The notes under the pieces: model-generated
What the model saw: the letters and a program-made list of their open reading frames with translations, nothing else
Told to the model about the DNA's origin: nothing
The model's database searches: none
Part shown: positions 27,072 through 41,500 of the stretch, in pieces
Numbering within the stretch: the first letter of the stretch is position 1
Layout of the letters: the number at the start of each line of letters is the position of its first letter
Position numbers and translations under genes: made by a program
Source: Paragordius varius
Lineage: Eukaryota > Animalia > Nematomorpha
Reading direction: 5' to 3'
NCBI GenBank assembly: GCA_964247055.1
Contig: OZ176050.1
Coordinates: 12,772,001-12,836,000, forward strand
Length of the DNA stretch: 64,000 bases

Positions 27072-30000
27072 GTCAAAGGAAAAAAATAGCAAGCAATCTG
27101 TCAGCTAAAAGATTATTTTTAGCGCAAATTTAAACAAATTCTAATTACTTTTTAAAGATTGAAAATTGGCCTAATTTATTTTTTCTTCAAATGTTTTGAC
27201 ACATTAATATTTATCGTTCATAATACACAATCACCAAATGTCAAATTGAAATGGATATTTTACACCAAGCTCATTTATTTTTTATAAAAGTTTATTTTTT
27301 GATTTTTTTAAGTTAAAAAGTAACGTATAAGATGCAATCACATCAAACGCATTCATTATATTTTATTTATAAATCATATCGAAAGTTTGAATGCAAAAAT
27401 AGTTTTGGTATGATGATTGTTTTAAATCAATTTGAAGTGTCTCAAAAAAAACCTTTTTTTAATCACTCATTTTTAAGTCTATGAGCACTCCAGTTCCTCT
27501 ACTTGGTAATATTATTTTATAATTATAATAAACTAATGTATTGTACACATACTCAAAATACATTTTTATATGTGCATCATAAAATAGCCAAAAATATATT
27601 ATATATCATATCAATAATAAATTTGTGAGATAATATAGTCGTTTAGTAAGTTGTTAGTTACTGATGATATAAAACAACACATAAAGATATCCAAAGTATT
27701 TTGATGATCATTTTAATCAATAACACAAAACAAAAGCGTTTATGTAAAAATTTAACACTTTTACATTTTTGTTGCGTAATAAAGAGGTTTTGGAAAATCC
27801 CATAAAGACAAAAGAGTTAAAAGACTAGTTAAGTGATCGGGAAATTTTCGCGCCTTATTTTCTCAGTACATAAAGTTCATAACACAGTTATAACATAAAT
27901 TATAAAATATTTTTGTTAAATTTCACAATAATATTAGTGGCAGAATTATATTTAGTTTTCATTTAGCACTTTAAATTGGTTAATTTAATTTTTGTTGATT
28001 AAACTGGGGACCACCATAATAAATTTTCCAAAAATCATTAAATTAAAAGGACATTAAGTATGTGTTATTGTCATCACAAATTCCCTAATTGGTATAATGA
28101 TGGAATAAAAAGCCTAAATTTAAATAATATGAGAGAAATATTACAAGTCCCATTTATGATTGGGTTTTCAATTTACTAACACTTACCAATTACCACAAAT
28201 GCAAAAATGTTTATGGGTAAATTAAAATAAATAGCCCAAAATATATATCATAATAAATAAGCCAAATTTAAGATTTATGTATTTATTTAATATTTGCAGC
28301 TTTCCTGTTGACAAAGATTCGATAGACATATAATAAAGCGCCTGAGATGCAAATCAGATTTTCTGAATTAAATTTAAAAGTATTTGATAGAATTTCTTAA
28401 AGATTTGTATATCGGAATTTTAAATAAAATCTAACTAAAGTGTTAGTTTCGTATTAAACGTTTTGTTTTTAAATGTTGGCACTATTTTATAAAAACATAT
28501 GATCAACCCGCTCAACATATGATATAAAATTTATAGTAGGCATATATTTTTTATTCAGGTCCCGAACGGGTTAATCACACGCTCTTAATACAAAAAGCTA
28601 TATGGTTGCGAAAATTAAGCGTTTTAGAACTTATACTTTGATAGAATTCATTACTTTTAAAACTGCCTTTGAAGATTTATAAAAATTTTGTTTCAATAAA
28701 ATTGATTTTTGCATTTTAGACGCGGCTATATGTTGAAGCTTAAGACAAGCTTTATATTACTATTATATTTAATTTTTAGATATTTTGCATAAAAATTTTA
28801 TAACACAAGTTCACCAAAACGACCTGAGACTCAAATCAGTTTTTGAGTCGGAATTCCTCATATGCAACCTAATCCCCAATTTTTTGGATTCTGGATGGTG
28901 AGTTTTACTATTCAAAAATTTAAAACTTGTAATAAATCTTATTGTGCCTGTGGACATGGTATTTTTTTCAAAAAATATGTTTTCTTTAGATAATTTATGA
29001 CGTAAAACACTTTTTTTAGCTATTTATAAATGTTACCTAAAATATGGCTAAATAATAGTTTAGCATCATTATACAACTACAATAATGTTGATTATAATCA
29101 TATTTTATTAAGATGACCAATCCAAAAAAATTAATTTTACTCTGCGACGACCATTTTTGCATTTTTATGAATAATTCATGTAATTTTTACTCAATATACA
29201 TTTTTTTCTAAATTCATATAGTTTTTCTAGATTAAGAAAGTGAAAATCTTAAAATAACTGATATTTATGCTTTTTCAATAAAAATAACAACTTAAACACA
29301 AAATATTACATTTTAATATAACGGTAAAAAACCATTTTTGGGCCCTTTTTTGATTTTGTAAAAAAAATGTGCGAAAGCCTATTGTGTTAATGTGAAAATA
29401 TTTAATTTTTGTATAAAGAGTTAATTTTCTGGACCGAATAACTATGACATCGCTATGAATTTTAAATTATTTTTGGAAATGTAAAAATTTAAAAATTGAA
29501 TATTATGGGGTATTTCGGAGTTTAGGATAATTATTTATTTTGAAAATCGGATATTCGGAATAGCTTAGTTATTATTGCTATAACTGTTATTTATGAAAAA
29601 CTGAAAAGAAAATTTTACAATCATAGTTATTACTATAATATTTTATGAAATTTAACAATAAAAGTTATATCGAGTGATCAGTTACCTCAAGATCTTATTA
29701 ATAATTATAATTTTAATCTTCCATAGCCAAATACGTGGTATTTACAGATAATTTCAGTTCAAAATGATAATCAAAATTACATAAGCCTACACCTTATATT
29801 CCCCATGTATGTAAGAGATCTTTTTAACACAAATGCTTAAATTGCATTTAAATTTTTTTTAACAAATGTAGGCATATATTGAAAAAGATAAAAAACACCT
29901 TCCTTGTTTTTCTAAAAAATTATTATAAACCTTAAACGCTAGAGTAAAAATGGATTAAAGCTCTTTATTAATTACAAATTTCCTTCCTCCTTTTCTCAAT

Positions 30001-30455
30001 GGCACTAAGGTTAATTTCCATTCCATATACACACTTTAATTTTAAAGTTAATTGAAAGATACCGGACATAATTTTTCATTTCAATTATTTTGTAATATAT
30101 GGATGGCTATAAAGATAAGGATGAATAGCTTATTTCTCAGAAAAAAAGTGGATTTAAGAGTGTCAATATAATTTTAAAAAAAACAATATTTTTTACGAGT
30201 ATATAAGTTTTGAAAGAATTCATCTATATATGTATTATTAATTTTAAAGCTAACAAATTATATAATTCCTATCCAATTTACCAATAATAATAATAATAGA
30301 CATTATTTCAAAAAATAAGTTTATTTTTTTATTTAAGCATTCCAATTTGCACTTCTTTTGCAAAAACTAATCCGCTCTCATCCATAATAATTTCTGATTA
30401 ATTTTGTTAATCCAACCAATTTTTTTTCTTTACTCATTTATTAAAAAATAAATCA

Positions 30456-32953
30456 ATGTTAATTCCATTTATAATTATCTTTTTGATTGGAACCAATCCC
30501 AGTTTTGGAGGACACTTTTTTGGAAAATATAGTGGAAATTCTAGAAAATTCCAACAACCATCTGTAGCTTTCAGTAAAAATCAGGTATCATATTCTTTCT
30601 AAATGGTATTTTAATTTTTTATTACATTGAAACAATTAAATATATTTGCCCATAGGGGAATATCGTACCTTTTACCTGAGGGCAGGTGGAGGTTATCAAA
30701 AAATATTTATCCAAAATATAAATCTCTATGGCTTAAACTTCTTAAGGATAATATAATCATACTTTCACACTTATTAAGAATTTTGTGACCCAATAATAGG
30801 TAAAAAAAATTTGTTATCTAAAATAAGTTTTATGTTAAATTTATTTAAAATTTTAAAGCAAATTTAAACTTGCAGCTTATTCACATGGCAGTGAAATACC
30901 GGACATAAAAATTACTTACACTTTTTATATATTTTAATTTTTACGTAAGTGGCATTTTAGCATAATTATTTCAATCTAAATCCAAAACTGCCGGATAGCT
31001 AAAACAAAATTTAGGCATCAATCTTCATTATTTTAAATCTCTCGTTATTATGATTCTAGTATGTTTTGTTTGGAATTTACATGTTCTCCAATATAAAAAT
31101 ATGGCGGCGAAAACTCTATTAATCATTTAATTAACTTTTCTAAAAATATTTTTATATCTGATGATCTAGAATTTCATTTAATGTAATTTTAAACTTAATT
31201 CCTAATTATGGGATATTTCTTAAATAAACGAATTGTGCTGTATGGTGATGCTATTGATTATTTTCAAAAATAAATTTTTATTAATGCACCTAATTTGTGA
31301 TGTAATCAAGTTTTTGAAATAACTTTATATTATCCGCAAATATGATGACATAATAGTTTTATTATTAAATTAAATTAATAAATAGTTAATGGTAAAAATT
31401 TAAGAAACTTAAGCTAAATTAACACAAGAGGATTTTATGCAAGACTCGGTACTACCCTTTTAATGTCACTTTGGTTTTGGTTCCACATAAGGTTTTCTAA
31501 AAAAGCTGTCGGAAGACAAATTACTTCGCTAAACTTTTTTATTCTTGTTCTAATTTATTGCATTCGATCCATAAATTTTATTTAAGATCAATTTTTTTCA
31601 TAAATTACAGAGAGCTTAATTCATTATGATTATACAAAATGAAGAGCCATTGACACTATAAAAATTTTAAATTGACTTTTGTTAATTAACAAATAATTTG
31701 AACTGAAATAATCGTTATTTGAAACCGTTTAACAGTGGGTATCTTGAAGAAAACGGCAACCGTTTAATTTTTGCTAATTATTACATACTCTAATCTGAAT
31801 CTTAATAATATAGGGTTGAGTTCATAAAAGCAAGTTCGCTTCTTTTAAACTGTACAAACCTTTATACTTTGTTAATGTTTATTTGTATTTTTATATTCAG
31901 GTGTATATAATTTTTTCAATAATAAATGAGTATATACCATTCTTTTCAACTGAAATGGTTTCAAAGAAATTTTTACACTTGATTACTTTTTCACTTTTTG
32001 TGCTAGTTTTCATTTAGGGGGTTTATCTCAGAGCTCAAATAAATCACAGTTTTGAAAGTTGTTTTAGTTAAATTTAATTATCAAACACATAATGTATTAA
32101 TAGCTTAAATTTTTTACAGTTTTATGACTAGACTAAAATTGGGACAACTCCAAAACCCGATTGAAATGAACAGCCGATATTAAAATCAAATTATAAGTTA
32201 TTTTAGTTAAAATTAAATTATAAAACTTCTCCTGTATTAAATATAAAAGCATAAATTTTTTTCAGTTTTATGACTTCTAGAGACTAAAATTGGGACAACT
32301 CCAAAACGCGATTGAAATGAACATCTGATATTTAAATCAAAATTTATTAAGTTTTCGTGGTAAAATGTAGCTTGAAAGCTTTTTAAAGTTAATTATTAAC
32401 ATTATTAAACCATACAGATATGGGCCTGTTGCATTTGGGATTTAAAAAAATTATAGAAATGGCCGAAAAAAATTTGAGATTAGGATTTTAAAATTTTACA
32501 TTTTTTAAAAAAAATTAATGTGCCTTAAAGACTAAACAAAGCATATTTTTAAATTCGTCTCAATATTTTAATATTTAAATTTCAAAGGGCTCTGGGTGAA
32601 ATTACGCCAAAAGGTAATGGAGTATTAATTTTTTAGAACCTGAGAAGCTACGTCTCCGATTCTGAGAAAGATTTAATGGATTGCGGGAAAAAATGTACCC
32701 ATAATAATGATTGTTGTGATGGCTTTACATGTCTGCATACGGTCCGGAACATGTACATTCAAGGTTTATCAATATTTTCAATATCAAAGTGACAATATTG
32801 AATAAAAATTGCTAATAATATATTGTTTATTTTTGTCAGGATTTTCTATAAATCGTATTTTTAAAAGTAATCATAGCAAGCTTATTACTAAATTTTGACA
32901 TATTTTTTTTTAAAAAAATATAAAGGATTCTATTCACTAATATATTAAAAGAT

Positions 32954-32994
<41 letters not shown>

Positions 32995-34293
32995 TATTAT
33001 AATTTAAAATTAATTTAATTTAATCGTTTGGAAACGTGTCATGGTTGATGGTAATGGTTTTATAGGTAACATCAAAAATATTAGGAAACTCTTATTATAC
33101 TATTTAATCATATCGAATTTTTACTTAATATATTAAAATGCGGTACACACACAACGTCGTCTAAAAGCAATGTTTCAAATTTTCAAATTACAAAAATTGA
33201 GACTTTTATAATATAAATGTTTCTCTTTTTATGCTATTAAAGCTGATATAAATAAATAAATGTATAACTGATTTGGTCCATAAAATGTTTAAATAATATT
33301 GCAAGTAGACAATCACTGTGGTTATTCTAATCATTGCTATATTTATATACATTTAAACAAGGTATGGGAATTTGCGTGTTGAACAAAGGCCTGGTCAAAG
33401 AAGGCACACCCTGTATACATGATAAAGAATGTTGGCCCCTAGTTTGTCGAGAACCAGAAGATATTGAACCGACATATCCAGGTGTCAAATTCTGTCGAAA
33501 ATCTATCGAAACGATTGGAGTACAACCATATAACGTTCTTTCAGATTTTAGCGTAAATCGACGCTACGCACTGGATCAACCAACAAATATTATCAAAAAA
33601 TCTTTCAGTATAAATACTATCATTTACAGTAAAAATCGAAATTATACAGGCAACCCGTAAATATATATAAAGATTTTCAAACAACCATACTTTTTTATGA
33701 TTTTTTTAAGTATAACTCATTTTGTTTATAAGTGAAAAGTTTAAAATATAGACGTGAATTGGTAATAGACATTATTTAAATATTTTGCGATTGTAAACAA
33801 AAAGTTTAATAAAAAAACATGAAAAAAATATTGTGCCGTGGCACCTATTATCATATGTTTTAATGAAAAAAAAGTGCAATTTCTTTTCAAATGAAAAACT
33901 CTTTATACATAGTTCATTTCACAGTTCCAACATTTTGCGCACATATTCTATTTTGAACATTTTTTTTTGAAAGATGATCCATGTACGCCCCAGAATAATG
34001 AATGTAACGAAGGCCTTGACTTATGTTGTGCTCTCGTGCGTTCCCACAAACAAGCAGCCCAATATAAATGTATGTATGCCAGTAATAGGAATATCAAATG
34101 TATTATATCGACACCTAAATATAAGCTCCCAAAGACAAATAAGGGTAAAGATGACCCCATAACTGATAATACCCTAAGCGAAAATTATGAAAATGAACTG
34201 AATGATGTGGACACGTATAATGAAGGAGCTGGCATAGATCAGAGTCCGCAACAAAGCAATTTTTTCCCTATGCGTGTACAACCATACTTTTAG
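30456..34293 (+). CDS. Prohormone-3 / ITG-like peptide precursor-like secreted cysteine-rich protein
   Basis: Exon 1 (30456-30584) encodes a signal peptide MLIPFIIIFLIGTNPSFG. Exons 32637-32763, 33362-33607 and 33974-34293 encode CGKKCTHNNDCCDGFTC, GICVLNKGLVKEGTPCIHDKECWPLVC and CTPQNNECNEGLDLCCALVRSHKQAAQYKCMY..C. The Cys spacing and the LCC.L.R.H.Q motif match insect prohormone-3 as I recall it. Confidence 0.75.
32108..32345. repeat. Local duplication of an ~85-bp segment
   Basis: CAGTTTTATGACT..AGACTAAAATTGGGACAACTCCAAAAC.CGATTGAAATGAACA occurs at ~32115 and ~32263. Confidence 0.85.
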
Positions 34294-35532
34294 TTTTAAT
34301 ATATATAAACATCCAAAAATTATAATTTATCAATTTGGGTGATTTATAAATTATGTTGAATATTGGCTATCAATAGCATTTTATGCTTTAATTTTCATTT
34401 TTAGGTATTTTATTATTATGTTACCTAATTCGTGTACCGCCATACTTTAAACCTTTTTTAATTTAATAGATTTAAACCCAAAAATAATGAGTTATCAATT
34501 TTTATATACTTTAATGAAAACGTTAAATTTTAGCTATAAGATTGATATTTTATGCTTTAATTTTGATTCTCATGTATTTTATTTCTATTTTACTCTTTAA
34601 GCGCATAATAACTAACATATTTAAATTGAGATTCAATCAAATTTTTTATTAACATATTTAATGCTATTCAATTCTTAATGTCAAACACATATTTTGTCAA
34701 ATTTCATCCCTTGTTTTTTATATTTATAATCTATTTTATAAATTTATTATATTATATATAATTAATGTTAAACTACTCTGCTAGTCAAATAAATTATGGA
34801 ACTTCATTGTTTTAAATTATTTTATATTTGGATTATAATGCATGAAAAAAAGTGAAAAATTGAATAATTAGCTCTTACAAAAATCAAAATAGCTCAAAAA
34901 AGTTCATGCTTTTCGAAATTTTCAAAATAACAATAATTTATTTAAGTCAAAAATTTACATTTTTAGATTTATAAAACATTGTTTAATTTACAAGTCCCTA
35001 GTGCATAATAATTAGATTTAGCTGTCATTTCAAATTAACTTTTAGGCCTAATAAACTTTTTTTGAATAATTTTGATGAGTTTTACATATTTTATGAAATA
35101 TAATGATAAAAACCATCAAAACTGGACAAACTAAATAAAATTATTTTTAAGTCACTTTTAAAAGATTATCTTTATCTCTTTTTTCCTAATTTAATTATTA
35201 CTCTTAAAATAATTGTACGTCATTAAAATAAATTGGTGTTAATTTGCAATTTGGTTCGAAATTTGACATTTCTTAATAATCTTTGATAAGATCACAATGA
35301 CATTAAAATTGTCCATTTAAATTTATTTTTATAATAAATTTTATTATTTTAAGATAAAAAATTATTTTTTATCACGTTTAAAATAATTTATTCAATTAAA
35401 TGACATCGACCTAAAACTATATAATCAATACATAGAAATATAAAAAATTGCACAAATACGAATACTATTAAACATGGTAAAACTACTTGAAATAGATTAA
35501 AAATCTTTTTCATGTATAGAAATATAAGCAAA

Positions 35533-38500
35533 TTAATGTATAGAAAGATAATGAGATTCAGATGAGTCTTGAGATGATGTATCAACACTTCCCTCATTGT
35601 TTCTGGCGCTATCTATAGGGGCAAATTTCAAATCTAAACAACTAGCAAACTGTGGTATACTACTTCCAGAGGGAGTAATAGATTTTGAACCAATTCGACG
35701 TCCTAAATTCCCGACTAAATTCGACCAAGAATTCGAATCAATAGATGATAAACTTATGATATCATGTGCACTTTTAACTAAAAAATTATCTTTTTTATTG
35801 GTTGTTTTTTTATTGAGAGGAGTTCCATTATGTGGTTTTTCAGACCCCATCTTGTTGTTGTTACCTTGATTTAATTGAGTTGCGGAAATGTTACTCAAAG
35901 ATGATAATATTTCTTCATCACCGTGCGATATAACAATCTGTATATTAACAACAAAAATTTGGTAAATTAAAATATTTAAGAATGAATGATATACCATTTA
36001 TAACTCAAATTTACCCTTAAACAATTCATATCACCCTTAATTAATTCAAATCCCCCTAAAATAAATTATATGTTTTCGGGCTAACTGATCTTTGATATGA
36101 AATATTTCTTTATGGCCTAATTTATTATTTTTTAGTATTATGTTAATTTTAAACCAAATTTAATTTTTTTAAAATATAAAAAATATAGGTAATTTTTAAT
36201 ATACAAAAACACATAATTTATTTTAGGGTGAATTTGAATTGTTCAAGGGGGGTGAATTTAAGGTGTAAATGATATTTTAAAGAAATAAATATTAAAATAT
36301 AAATATTTTCAACAATTTATATATATATATATATATATTGAATTATTATATATTTTTAAAAAATAAAATAACCGGAAACACATAATTTTAAAAGTAAATC
36401 TTTAAACACAGCGTCATAAAATTTAAAGTAAGAACCGACCTGAGGATGATGTATGATAGGATTTATACTATTGTAACGCCTTTTCAAATTATTGCCCCTT
36501 TTATACCATTTCTCATCTTTCGATTTACTTTCATCAATATCATCGTGATACCGAATAGAATAATGATAAGCTCTGGGTTTAATTTCTAGATTATTATTTG
36601 CATGTCTGTGTCGTCGACGGTAACGTTTTTCACCAGCTTTCTCGTTATTTTGTTTAAGAGTAGTGGTTTTTTTCTTCGTATGTTCATCAGATGTGAACGA
36701 TGTCGTAATAGACGGGGAACCAAATTTAGGAATTTGCAAATAATCTTTGGAAAAATGGCGCATTGATTGAGAAACTAATCGTTTACGAGCAAGGGGAGAT
36801 GACCCTTGCTTCTTGTAATGACCGACACGGCCATGATGTTTAAAGGATATATCATGTGCTCCAAACATAGTTTTATCCGTTAAATCCTCTAATATGGCTG
36901 AGAATCTACGGTATCGTTTATATCGCAAAGATTTTAGCGAAGGCCTTACATGTAATTTCTCATGCTAATATAGGGGGTTAATTATGTTGAAATATAGTAA
37001 AATTGAAATTATACATAGAAAACGTTTAAAAATTTCGAAAAGACCGCATTTTTAAATTTATTTTTTTTATATAACTCTTAAAATTTAAATTGATGAAACA
37101 GATAGTAAACTGGTAATACAATCTAAAAATTGTTATTAAATAATCTATATAGGAAAAAAAGAGGTTTAAAACGTATGGTTATGTTTTTATTTGCCCCTAT
37201 AATTTCAATTTTTATTGTAAAACTTACGCGAAATAAATTGAAATTTTAAGATAATGCCAAGTAAAAAAGTTACCTCCGAGTGTTTTGGATGAGTTGGTGC
37301 ATACAAATGATCCATCCCAGAATGTTCGGCGCTTCGTTTTAGCTGATTAACAACTTTTGAATGGGGGTCCATTATCTGTTTTTATATTATATAATTTCCG
37401 AAAGATGTTTAAAATTAGATAAATTTTTCAGCTGTTTTTACAAATTGGCAAAATGTTAAATAAAAGTGATCGATATATCAACATTTTTTCGATTGATTTA
37501 AAAGTTTTCATTTTTAATATCCATCTTACCTGTAAAACTGTATCAATCATTTTAGGTTGCGGGGAGGCGACAACCTTCACTTCAGACTCCTTCATATCCA
37601 TAAGGTCTTTGGAGGTTTCATCTTTAGGTTCCATTTTTTGTGCCTGAGTTTTTTTCTTTTGTGCTTTCAAGATTTTTCTATAGAGGCGAAAAAGACATAT
37701 ATTAATAAATTAAAAATATTAAAAATATTCATATTTTGGAAATATTTACTTTGCACGTTTTTCCAACAAGACTTTAGCTTCAGGATACTCCTTAAGAGCT
37801 ACATCTAAATTCTCCTTACTCAGAACGAAAAGACTGGAAAAACCCTTACTTCTAACATTGGCAGTACGACGATTTTCACCAGTTATAGCAAGCAAACTAT
37901 ATTTATTGAATTACTTTTAAATATAAAAATGATTTTTAACCAAACGGTATGATTTTAATAAACCCGAAAGGTTATACAAAAACTACCTTATTTCACCAAA
38001 AACTGAGCCCTCTTTCAACGTGGCTAAAACGGTTAAATTTGGTTCTTTGCCCAAAGTTACCTGCACAATTCCACTGTTTATAATGTACATTTCCCGCCCG
38101 ATTTCACCCTTAAATGGCAAAAATATGTTATAATATATTTCATATCACATCTATTACAATACAAATTCTTTAAAATATAAATTAGTTTCCAGCAAAAAGT
38201 ATTGATTGAAAATTAATAAAAAGACGTATTTCCTACCTTTTTGCAAACATAATCTCCTGGTAAATACAGGCAGGGTTTCAGTTGTAGTACCAAATCACGT
38301 AATAAATTACGTTCGCAATCCTATAAAGTAAAATTTTATTTAAATTTGGTTTAATATTCGTAAAAATTATAAATCTTTTTTATCAATATCAACTCATTTG
38401 AACGAAATATCATATAAATATATATTTACTTGAAATAATTTAACTTTGGAGAGTGTTTCAAAGTGTACACTAATGGCGATATCTGTTTGCATTTTGAGCG

Positions 38501-41500
38501 ATAAAAAATCCAAAAATTCGGATTCATCTGTATAATATAAAGCGTAATATTTAAAGGAATTATATTAAAACTCAAATATACAATATCGTATATAACACAT
38601 TGAAATAGAAGTTAAACTTTTATGATTTAAAAAGCGGCGATTTAAGATAAATAAGTCACCAATAACAGTTTTCCTACAAATTTGGTTATTTTATGATTTA
38701 TATTTTATTTATTAATATAATTTTACCCAAGCATTTCTGCGATTTCCACGTATAAATTATCCATTTTCGTGTCCGTTCAATCAAATGAGAACTGACGTTC
38801 GAGTTTGTAAGGAAATTCATTGTTTTGTCCAAAACAGTCCTGAATTCTGAAATATTTTGGCGACTGTCTTCGAAAATAGCTCTAACCTATATATAATATA
38901 CAGGCTCTAAATATATACCATTTACAATTTAAATTCACCTTCGAACGATTCAGTCACTCTCGAACAATTGAAAGCTCCCTCGAACAATTCAAATTCACCC
39001 TTCAGCAATTTTACCCTATAAATATATCATGAATTTACGGGCTAATATAACTCATCTTTAATATGATGTATATTTTTATGGAATAGTTTATTATTTTTTT
39101 AGTATATTAATTTAATTGTATACAAAATTTTAATTTTTAATTATAAATATATAGGTAATTTTTAATCTTACATTTTTTAGGGTGAATTCGAATCGTTCCA
39201 AAGTTAATTAGAATTGTTCAAGGGTGAATTTGAATTGTTCAAGGGTGAATTTGAATATAAATGGTATATTAAATAGTTAAAAAATATGTTTAGATCATGT
39301 AATACTTTACTTTTTTACAAAACTAATTAATGTAATCGTGTTATGCAAAGGGCACAATCATATAATGAATATTATTGGTGTTATTTAGAAAATCATAAGT
39401 ATATCCCAGATACATTAAGTTTTATTAATAAAAATTTTATTTTTACCTGTTAGCTTACTATTTTCTATTATGCCCATACTTCAACCCTTCTTTTTAATTT
39501 TATTTAATATATTTATAAAAATAAAATATTAACCTGAGCGAAAAACAGGGCAACAGAAAAGGTGCCAATCAACCATATTACAGTCATATAGATCCGTTCA
39601 AGATTATTGTTTGCACCTTCGTTATTCCCAATACTTGTGGATGTTTTAAGCCCGAAATAAAAGCATCGAAGATAGCTAAAGAATGTTGTAATATAATAAT
39701 TTCTATATAAAACACTCCGATAATGCAAGAATCCGGGTGCAGGTATGATATATAAAAAAATAAGCAAAACTTTCCATATTTTTCTGCGTTTTAATTGAAA
39801 TTTCCATACCTTGGATTAATTTTTACATGTTCTCTTTGATTTAAGAAGACAATTATTTATTTGAAAAAATTTCGCATGTAATAACCATTGTTTGCAAAAC
39901 GCAAAGATATTTTTTTCTTTATAAACCAATTAAGTTAATGTCATATAGGATCTGTAACTAAACTTTTACAATTAAATTAAACATAAGCTTAAAATTATAC
40001 CTCCCCCCATTTATTATCTGAAAACAGAAAACCTAATATAAAATATATTACGCATTTCCCTGGCCATCGTAGACCCAATCATTTATGCCGAATCCCTCAT
40101 ACTCTGAAATGGCATAAAAACAGCAAGCTTTAATGTTAATCAGTAGAAGCAGATAGAGCACAATTTTAGCCATACGGATGATATAAGTCGACTTCAAAAT
40201 AATTTCGAGTATATCAAACATTTGCGGTAAAACTGGATACTATTTGAAACATAAACAAAATTATTTTTTAGATCTTTAAAAAATATTATAATAAATAATA
40301 ACATGTAGGAGATTTAAAATGTGAAAAATTTTAAACTCTAATGCCTAAATTAAGGAATTATAGTTTATTTAATGAACCAAAATAACCTTAAAAATCCGAT
40401 TGATGCGAAAAATTGGCCATATACCATAAACAAAGTAGAGTAAATCCGTAGGCAGTATAGCAATCAGATCTGCCTTGAAATCATAAAGGTGCATCCATCA
40501 TTATATTAAAGTTAAACCAAAAAATTAAATTACATGATAATTGTATATTAAGAATAAAATGTATTATATACTTTAAATTTGAATTGTTTGATATAATTTA
40601 GTCGCATGAGTTTGGGATCTGTCTATTAAAGTATATAAAATAGATATACTAATAATAAAAACAAATTTTAAAATATATTTAAAAATTCAAAGTTTTACAT
40701 TCTTTTTTTCCATTTATGTTAAATACCAGGCTGTAAAAACAAATGAGAATTTATCATATTTTACAACTCTATGAGAAAATTAAGGATTTTAACTTTAACT
40801 TTTTTAATCCGGCTTTTTACCCGAAAATCTTTGCCTTTTACCTTAAATATATATCTATTGCCCCTTATCTATTATTAATTATACTACTGTAATATGCAGA
40901 ATCATACTATATATAATCCATTGTGGAGATAACGTAACTTCAAATGAACGAAAATATCGAGGAGAAATATGAGATCCGTGAAATAATCCAATCCAAACCA
41001 AATGTTGAGTTGACGTTGAGTAGCCAGAACGTGTCGAAAGGAAACACGTATAAATATAGTGAACATATTGTACAGGAAACATATATTAACCAGTACCATC
41101 CATAGGACATATCTAGCCTCTGAATATATTAGAAAAATAGATTATGAATGTTCCTTCTCATCTTTTAATCATATCTTTTAACTGATAAGAGTTTTTTAAA
41201 GATTTCGATTTAACTTTGGTCCGTTGTTGTAAAATTTTTTATGCAATATGGTATGTTAACAATTTTTTGATGTTGCTAAAATATGGAGTTAGTGAAAAAT
41301 TGTTGAAAAAACTGTATTAATTTTAAAGAATTAAGATATTAATTTCATACAGTTATTTTATTTAAATTTTTTCTTCAAAAAAATTATTTATAAGAAACCG
41401 CTAGTTTGATGTCAGATTTATATCATTTACAATTCAAATTCACCCTCGGACCATTCGAATTCTCTCTCAAATATATTATAAATGAAATTTTGTTTAAAAT

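Noticed and set aside
27100-30400. Additional gene between PGS1 and the prohormone gene
   Set aside because: Only degenerate TE fragments (e.g. a lone GGGTTAA piggyBac-like end near 28570); no phase-consistent exon chain.
38916-39266. 21-bp repeats as a CRISPR-like array
   Set aside because: The repeats are directly adjacent with no unique spacers, are inverted at the other end, and lie in a eukaryotic intron.
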